A stretch of DNA of 32,000 nt from Oleiagrimonas sp. C23AA. GTDB lineage: Bacteria > Pseudomonadota > Gammaproteobacteria > Xanthomonadales > Rhodanobacteraceae. Positions 27,313 through 32,000 of the stretch are shown one piece after another. The stretch is from positions 31,316 to 63,315 of the forward strand of contig NZ_JAARLY010000011.1 in NCBI RefSeq assembly GCF_011759385.1, in the 5' to 3' direction. Each line of letters begins with the position of its first letter. Position 1 is the first letter of the stretch. Both the position numbers and the translations under genes were made by a program. The notes under the pieces are model-generated. The model made no database searches. It was not told where the DNA came from and saw nothing but the letters and a program-made list of their open reading frames with translations.

Positions 27313-28878
27313 CTACTTCGTGCCGGCCGAACCCAGCTCAAGATAGTCCACATCCAGCACATGCTCGCCGCCGTGCACGTCCAGCCGATTGAAGCCGGCC
27401 AGCATGGGCGCCTGCCAGCTGACCTGATAGCGGCCATCCTTGCGCTTGCTCACCTTGCCCGCCGGCTGCGGCGCTCCGTTGACGCTGAGCGTAGGCGTGC
27501 CGGGCAGACCCAGATCGGCATAGACCACGCTTACGCGGCGCACACCCGCGGCATCCACATGCACAGGAAAACGCAAACGCGCCCCATCGCCAGCGGCCAG
27601 ACGCACACGGCGGCCGTTGGAGGCGTGGCTGTCGCCAATCGCCGAGGCCTGACGGCGGGCGGCATCCTCGGCTTCATAGCGTGAAAAATCCAGGCGGCCC
27701 ACGGCACTTTGCATCACATTGAGCGCCACATTGCCCGGATCGGACGGATCAGCACTGGAGGTGATGTGCAAAAAGCGCCCATCACCACGCAACATCAGGG
27801 CCTGGGTCCAGCCGGCATGGATGTTGCCCGTCAGTTTCGCCACCGGTGCCGGCACTTCCCACCACGGCCCGCGACCACCCGCGTTGTTCCAGTAGAGGGC
27901 ATGGCCATCCTCGTCCCCGCCACCACCGGCACGCTCGGATGATATGACCAGCGTGCCTTCCTTGCCGCCGACCGGGAACCAGCGGATGACCGGGCACGCC
28001 GATGGCCATGCACCGGACGCGGTGCGCACGGCGATCCCTGGTCGCGTGGCCGGCCCCCAATGCAGACCGTCGCGACTGAACTTCAGATGCACCTGACCAT
28101 TGTGCGGATGGTCGATATCTTCGTAGGCCATGACGTAGCGGCCATCGGGCAGGTGCACCACAGTGGCCATACCCGGCCGCTGCACACCACCGGCGACGGC
28201 CACATCGATGGTTTCCTTGCCCCAGCTGCGCCCACCATCGCTGGACACCTTGTGCGCCAGCACCTGGTTGAAACCCTGGCGCTTGTGCTGCTCGGACGAG
28301 TAGTAGGCCACCAGACGCCCGTCATCGAGCTGCACGATGTACGGCTCCCACACGCCCTGGTTGTCAGCCGATGAGGGATTGCCATGGCCTTCGACGATGG
28401 AGCTGCGATAGTGCCAGTGCACGCCACCATCGCGTGAGGTGTAGAGCTGCAGATCCTCGGCGTTGAGCCGGCCACTGGCCGTGTTGCCGGTAGCATTGGC
28501 CGCCAGCAGCAGGGTGCCGGCGGGTAATGAATCGGCCTTGTCCCGCAACTGGGTCAGATTCGGCTGCCAGCGCAGCTGCCAGCGCGAATCGTCGGCATGG
28601 CGACCATCGACCACATGATCGAGCAGCGTCCAATGCTGGCCGTGAGCACGGGTGTAAATGGGGACACCGACGATACCCGGCTGCTCGAAGGCCAGCATCA
28701 GGCTGCCTTTGGCGCGCGCGCCCGAGGCCTGCGTCAGCCGCAGCAACGAGGCATATCCGGTGCCCTTGGCGATGGTCGTCACCGGTGCCGCGCCCAGCGC
28801 GGCGGCGCTGGCCGGCAAGCTCAGCGCGCACGCACACAAGGCAGCAAGCAGGCGATGGGAGGGTCGTGGCAAGGTCAT
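27313..28878 (-). CDS. Secreted Asp-box (BNR) beta-propeller glycoside hydrolase-like protein with C-terminal CBM6/CBM35-like module
   Basis: Signal peptide MTLPRPSHRLLAALCACALSLPASAAA. Asp-box motifs SRDGGVHW and SSDGGRSW, plus the related SRDGLHW. The C-terminal approx. 130 aa (FSRYEAEDA...LSVNG...GFNRLDV...VDYLEL) have the pattern typical of CBM6/35 sugar-binding modules. GGAGA lies upstream of the ATG at 28878. Confidence 0.75.
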   Translation of the reverse strand: MTLPRPSHRLLAALCACALSLPASAAALGAAPVTTIAKGTGYASLLRLTQASGARAKGSLMLAFEQPGIVGVPIYTRAHGQHWTLLDHVVDGRHADDSRWQLRWQPNLTQLRDKADSLPAGTLLLAANATGNTASGRLNAEDLQLYTSRDGGVHWHYRSSIVEGHGNPSSADNQGVWEPYIVQLDDGRLVAYYSSEQHKRQGFNQVLAHKVSSDGGRSWGKETIDVAVAGGVQRPGMATVVHLPDGRYVMAYEDIDHPHNGQVHLKFSRDGLHWGPATRPGIAVRTASGAWPSACPVIRWFPVGGKEGTLVISSERAGGGGDEDGHALYWNNAGGRGPWWEVPAPVAKLTGNIHAGWTQALMLRGDGRFLHITSSADPSDPGNVALNVMQSAVGRLDFSRYEAEDAARRQASAIGDSHASNGRRVRLAAGDGARLRFPVHVDAAGVRRVSVVYADLGLPGTPTLSVNGAPQPAGKVSKRKDGRYQVSWQAPMLAGFNRLDVHGGEHVLDVDYLELGSAGTK

Positions 28879-28929
28879 GGCAAGCCTGTCTCCTTAGATT
28901 GATGGGCCTGACAACACAAGCGGCAGCAC

Positions 28930-30018
28930 TCAGTGCGACGGGGGGGTGTCACCCGACGGCTTGCGCAGCGGCACCCCCGAGTTCACCGGCACGCCCAGCA
29001 CCGGCGCGCCCTGGGCGTCAAAGTGCATGGGCTGCATGCGGATGTCGCGGCAAGCCCACACGTTCTTGCAGTCCATATGGCGCACCGAGTGATACATCAC
29101 CCACCACTGCGTGTTGTCCGGCGAGGGCACGAACACCACCGAGCCCGGACCATGGATATCGCCGTGATGATCGAAGATGGGTCCGGACTTGTGCCAAGAC
29201 GCCGGCTGCAGGGGGTCGGCGCCTGGCGTCAGCGAGAGCAGCCCCACGCTGTAGCCATTGGGCACCCAGCTGGCGCTGGCCGAATAGGTGATGTAAGTGT
29301 GGCCATCGCGGCTGTAGCCCACCGGTCCTTCCTGGATCGGCTTGGTATGCGTCTCCCAGGGCTGATTGGGCGTGGAAATGAAAGCGGTCTTGCTGGCGAT
29401 ATGCGTGGGATCGCTCATGCGCGCCAGACACACGCGCTGGGGGAAGCGCGAGTCGGCGTGATTGGTGCACGACCAGGTGATGTACAGCTTGCCATCGGCG
29501 CCGTGGAAGACATCCGGGTCGATGGCCCAGTGGTTGCTCGACTCTTTCAGGCGGCCATATGGCGCACCGGTATCGGCGGCCTTGTAAGGCCCCTGTGGTC
29601 GGTCGGCACTGACCACATACAGACGGTGATGATCGTTGTCGCCTGCGTCGGCAGCGAAGTAGATGTACCAGCGCCCGTTCACATGGTGCAGCTCCGGCGC
29701 CCACACGTCCTTGGCGTTGGGTGCTTTCTTGTGCGACGGACTCCACACGCCGATCCAGGGCGCTGATGCCAGCCCCGACAGCGAGCGCGAACGCTTGATG
29801 CACAGCGCCGCCTTGCCGCAATTGGAACCGGAGAAATAGTACATGCCGTCGACCCGTGTCACCCAGGGATCGGCGCCTTTGAACAGCGGATTGGTGAAGG
29901 TGTTGCCCGGTGTGCCGGCGGTGGCAGCAGCGGCGGTATGTGACGGCGTCGCGACGGCCGGCCCGCCCATGCCCAGGCCGGCAGCCAGCGCGGCGATCAT
30001 CAGATGACGCAAGCTCAT
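28930..30018 (-). CDS. Secreted glycoside hydrolase family 43 protein (arabinofuranosidase/arabinanase/xylosidase-type five-bladed propeller)
   Basis: Track ORF is 28930-30048. The ATG at 30018 is preceded by GGAG. Signal peptide MSLRHLMIAALAAGLGMGGPAVA. GH43 hallmarks: NPLFKGADPWV (general-base Asp), WAPELHHVNGRWYIYF, IDPDVF and IQEGPVGY (catalytic Glu). Confidence 0.85.
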   Translation of the reverse strand: MSLRHLMIAALAAGLGMGGPAVATPSHTAAAATAGTPGNTFTNPLFKGADPWVTRVDGMYYFSGSNCGKAALCIKRSRSLSGLASAPWIGVWSPSHKKAPNAKDVWAPELHHVNGRWYIYFAADAGDNDHHRLYVVSADRPQGPYKAADTGAPYGRLKESSNHWAIDPDVFHGADGKLYITWSCTNHADSRFPQRVCLARMSDPTHIASKTAFISTPNQPWETHTKPIQEGPVGYSRDGHTYITYSASASWVPNGYSVGLLSLTPGADPLQPASWHKSGPIFDHHGDIHGPGSVVFVPSPDNTQWWVMYHSVRHMDCKNVWACRDIRMQPMHFDAQGAPVLGVPVNSGVPLRKPSGDTPPSH

Positions 30019-30030
30019 GCAGCGCTCCAT

Positions 30031-30084
30031 ACAAAAGCGCCTGCCCACCGCACCGAGAAACCTATCGATGCGGATGGGCAGGCG
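30031..30084 (-). terminator. Strong hairpin plus U-rich tail between the TBDR and GH43 genes (intra-operon attenuator/terminator candidate)
   Basis: Minus strand reads CGCCTGCCCA-T-CCGCA [16-nt loop] TGCGG-TGGGCAGGCG, then CTTTTGT. The stem is 15 bp with a one-nt bulge. The GH43 SD (GGAG) and ATG follow within about 15 nt. Confidence 0.55.
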
Positions 30085-30106
30085 TGACAGATCAAACCAA
30101 AACCAA

Positions 30107-32000
30107 TCAGAACTTCATGCGAACGCCCAGGCCAACCGAGCGATCCTGATAGCGATAATCCTGCGGCAGGATCGTGCCGGGACCGGCGAACGACTGGAAG
30201 TGCGCGTTGTTGAGGTTGGTCGCGTTCAATACCACCGTGAAGTGCTTGCTGATGTCATAGCTCAGCGACAGATCCAGCATGTTGGCCGGCTTGTCATACA
30301 TCTGCGCGTTGTTGCCGATGACACTGGACGCGGCCAGGAAGAACTCCGGATAGCGGCTGCGATAGTTGTAGGCCAGACGTGCCGAGAAGCCGTACTTCTC
30401 GTACATCAGCACCAGGTTGTAGTTGTTCTTGGACACATTCTGGAACGAGGTGGTGATGAAGCCATTACCATCGATCGCAGGCGTTTTCAGCGAGCTGTCG
30501 ATATAGGTGTAGTTGGCCTGCACACCCAGGCCGCTCCAGGCGCCCGGCAGGAACGTGAAGAACTGCTGGTAGGCCAGTTCGACGCCATCCAGGTGACCGG
30601 CACCGGAACTCTTCGGGCCGGAAATCAGGTACTGGGTACCATTGATGGTTTCTTCGGCCGAGTAGTTTTCGATGTAGCCGGTGATGTCGTGATAGAACAC
30701 GCCACCGGTTAGCGAACCGGCACGGCTGAAGTACCACTCCAGCGTGGCGTCGTAGCTGTTGGACTTGGTCGGCTTCAGGTTCGGATTACCACCGCCGCCG
30801 GTAGCGATGGTGTTGGCGGTGGCCGGGCTCAGCGTCAGCGAAGGATTCAGACTGCCGAAGCTGGGGTAACTCACGGTCTTGCCAGCCGACAGGCGCATCT
30901 GCAGGTCATCGGTGAAATGCAGATTGAAGGTGGCGTTGGGCAGCCACTGCAGTTCCGAGGTATTCAAACCCGTCGGTGAGTATGTCCCGCTGACGGTGTC
31001 ATAATTGTAGGCGGCCAAGTTGCGCTTGACGCGCTCGGCACGCAGACCAATGACACCATCGAACGGCAGGCCAAACAGATCGTTGCCGTAGTTGATCTGC
31101 GCGTAAGCGGCCAGCTTCTTCTCGGTAATGTCGAAGTACTGCCCCTTCTGCGCCGGCAGCTTGCCGTCGGCCAGACCGTAGAACTCGCGCAGGGCGTTGG
31201 CGTTCTTGGTCAGATAGTTGTAGCAACCGCTCAGCGCACCATCGGGCACCGACGAGTCGGTGGGAATGTTGCAGAAGTAGCTGGAGCCGAAAAGGTTATA
31301 GACGTTGTTGGCCGGATTCGGCGAACCATCGGCCAACCAGGGGCCACCCGGGGGGCCCTGGTTGAACTGCGCGCCGGAGGCCTTGGTTTCGGTATCGGCA
31401 TAGCGCAGGCCAAAATCGATGGAGCTGACCAGGTCGCCGCCGAAATAGTAGTTGCCGTCACCGCGCCAGGCGGTCTGTGTGGCGCTGTTGTTGTTCCACT
31501 GCTGGTACAGGCCGTTGAGATAATAGTTCTTGGGATCCAGCTGCGGATTGCCGACCAGTCCCCAGGTATTGGGGTAGTGGTAATAGGTGGTCAGCGGCTG
31601 GTGATACGCATCCAGGAAGGTGTCGATGACGAAATTGTCCGTCTCGAAACTGGACGAGTTGTAGCTCAGATCGGAGGACAGCTTCAGGTTGCCGCTGTGC
31701 CACTTCACACCGATGGCGTTCTGACTGTTGTGGCCCCACTGGTGGCGTGCCTGCGTGCTGGTAGCGGCATAGTAGTTGCCGGTGTACTGGGCACTGGTGA
31801 TGGGGCAAATGGTCTGGCCGTAATAAGGCGAGCTGGTCAGGCCGATCGGGAAACACTGGTCACTGGTGGTCAGACTGCTCGGCGGCACCTGATTCTGCGG
31901 GCCGCTGAAGTAATAAGTCTGGTTGTACTTGTCCGATATCCACGTGTAGAGGCCTTCCAGATAGACCTCGGTGCTGTCGTTGGGACGCCACTGCAGGGCA
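30107..32000 (-). CDS. TonB-dependent outer-membrane receptor, C-terminal approx. 630 aa (5' end outside window)
   Basis: It ends in the canonical beta-barrel terminus ..RSVGLGVRMKF. Barrel-strand patterns rich in Tyr/Asn/Gly run throughout. The track starts the ORF at a GTG (31888), but I translated the frame by hand and it stays open to the window edge (..LQWRPNDSTEVYLEGLYTWISDKYNQTYYFSGPQNQVPPSS..), so the gene is truncated by the window. Confidence 0.9.
   Translation of the reverse strand, partial: ALQWRPNDSTEVYLEGLYTWISDKYNQTYYFSGPQNQVPPSSLTTSDQCFPIGLTSSPYYGQTICPITSAQYTGNYYAATSTQARHQWGHNSQNAIGVKWHSGNLKLSSDLSYNSSSFETDNFVIDTFLDAYHQPLTTYYHYPNTWGLVGNPQLDPKNYYLNGLYQQWNNNSATQTAWRGDGNYYFGGDLVSSIDFGLRYADTETKASGAQFNQGPPGGPWLADGSPNPANNVYNLFGSSYFCNIPTDSSVPDGALSGCYNYLTKNANALREFYGLADGKLPAQKGQYFDITEKKLAAYAQINYGNDLFGLPFDGVIGLRAERVKRNLAAYNYDTVSGTYSPTGLNTSELQWLPNATFNLHFTDDLQMRLSAGKTVSYPSFGSLNPSLTLSPATANTIATGGGGNPNLKPTKSNSYDATLEWYFSRAGSLTGGVFYHDITGYIENYSAEETINGTQYLISGPKSSGAGHLDGVELAYQQFFTFLPGAWSGLGVQANYTYIDSSLKTPAIDGNGFITTSFQNVSKNNYNLVLMYEKYGFSARLAYNYRSRYPEFFLAASSVIGNNAQMYDKPANMLDLSLSYDISKHFTVVLNATNLNNAHFQSFAGPGTILPQDYRYQDRSVGLGVRMKF

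Noticed and set aside
31886-31888. The GTG at 31888 as the true start of the TonB-dependent receptor.
   Set aside because: Hand translation shows the frame stays open to the window edge with TBDR-like sequence (..LQWRPNDSTEVYLEGLYTWISDKYNQTYYFSGPQNQ..). A 593-aa product would also lack the plug domain and the TonB box. The gene is simply truncated by the window.

Overview
High-GC sequence (about two-thirds G+C by eye, not computed). It looks like an ordinary chromosomal segment of a gammaproteobacterium, and the gene content suggests Xanthomonadales/Lysobacterales (Rhodanobacter/Dyella/Luteibacter-like); that placement is inference only. I support 28 protein-coding genes. In order: a 5'-truncated MocR-type aminotransferase-domain regulator, DUF1993, an SDR oxidoreductase, a DsbA/FrnE-like thiol oxidoreductase, a 988-aa GAF-GAF-GGDEF-EAL c-di-GMP protein, a DUF3014-like membrane protein, DinG helicase, a candidate 67-aa membrane peptide, and two NnrU paralogs. 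The paralogs bracket a small lower-GC islet (lipoprotein plus secreted protein) and a GFA-family gene. Then come an orphan REC-HDOD response regulator, a DUF938 methyltransferase-like protein, an S9 peptidase, YchJ, LigB and an S53 (sedolisin) peptidase. A minus-strand marC / SpmA-SpmB-like / duplicated MGS-like gene string follows, then an SGNH hydrolase, an NRDE protein and a FadR-type regulator. The window ends with a minus-strand TonB-dependent-receptor / GH43 / Asp-box-propeller-CBM glycan-utilisation locus that runs off the 3' edge. I saw no rRNA, tRNA, CRISPR array, transposase, integrase or recognisable defence system. I cannot point to a convincing new biological system. The most unusual items are the internally duplicated methylglyoxal-synthase-like protein and its membrane-protein neighbours, the lower-GC lipoprotein islet between the NnrU paralogs, and the TBDR-led glycan locus with its internal hairpin. 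All family names come from motif recognition by eye, since no searches could be run. Many long antisense ORFs in the track are high-GC artefacts.
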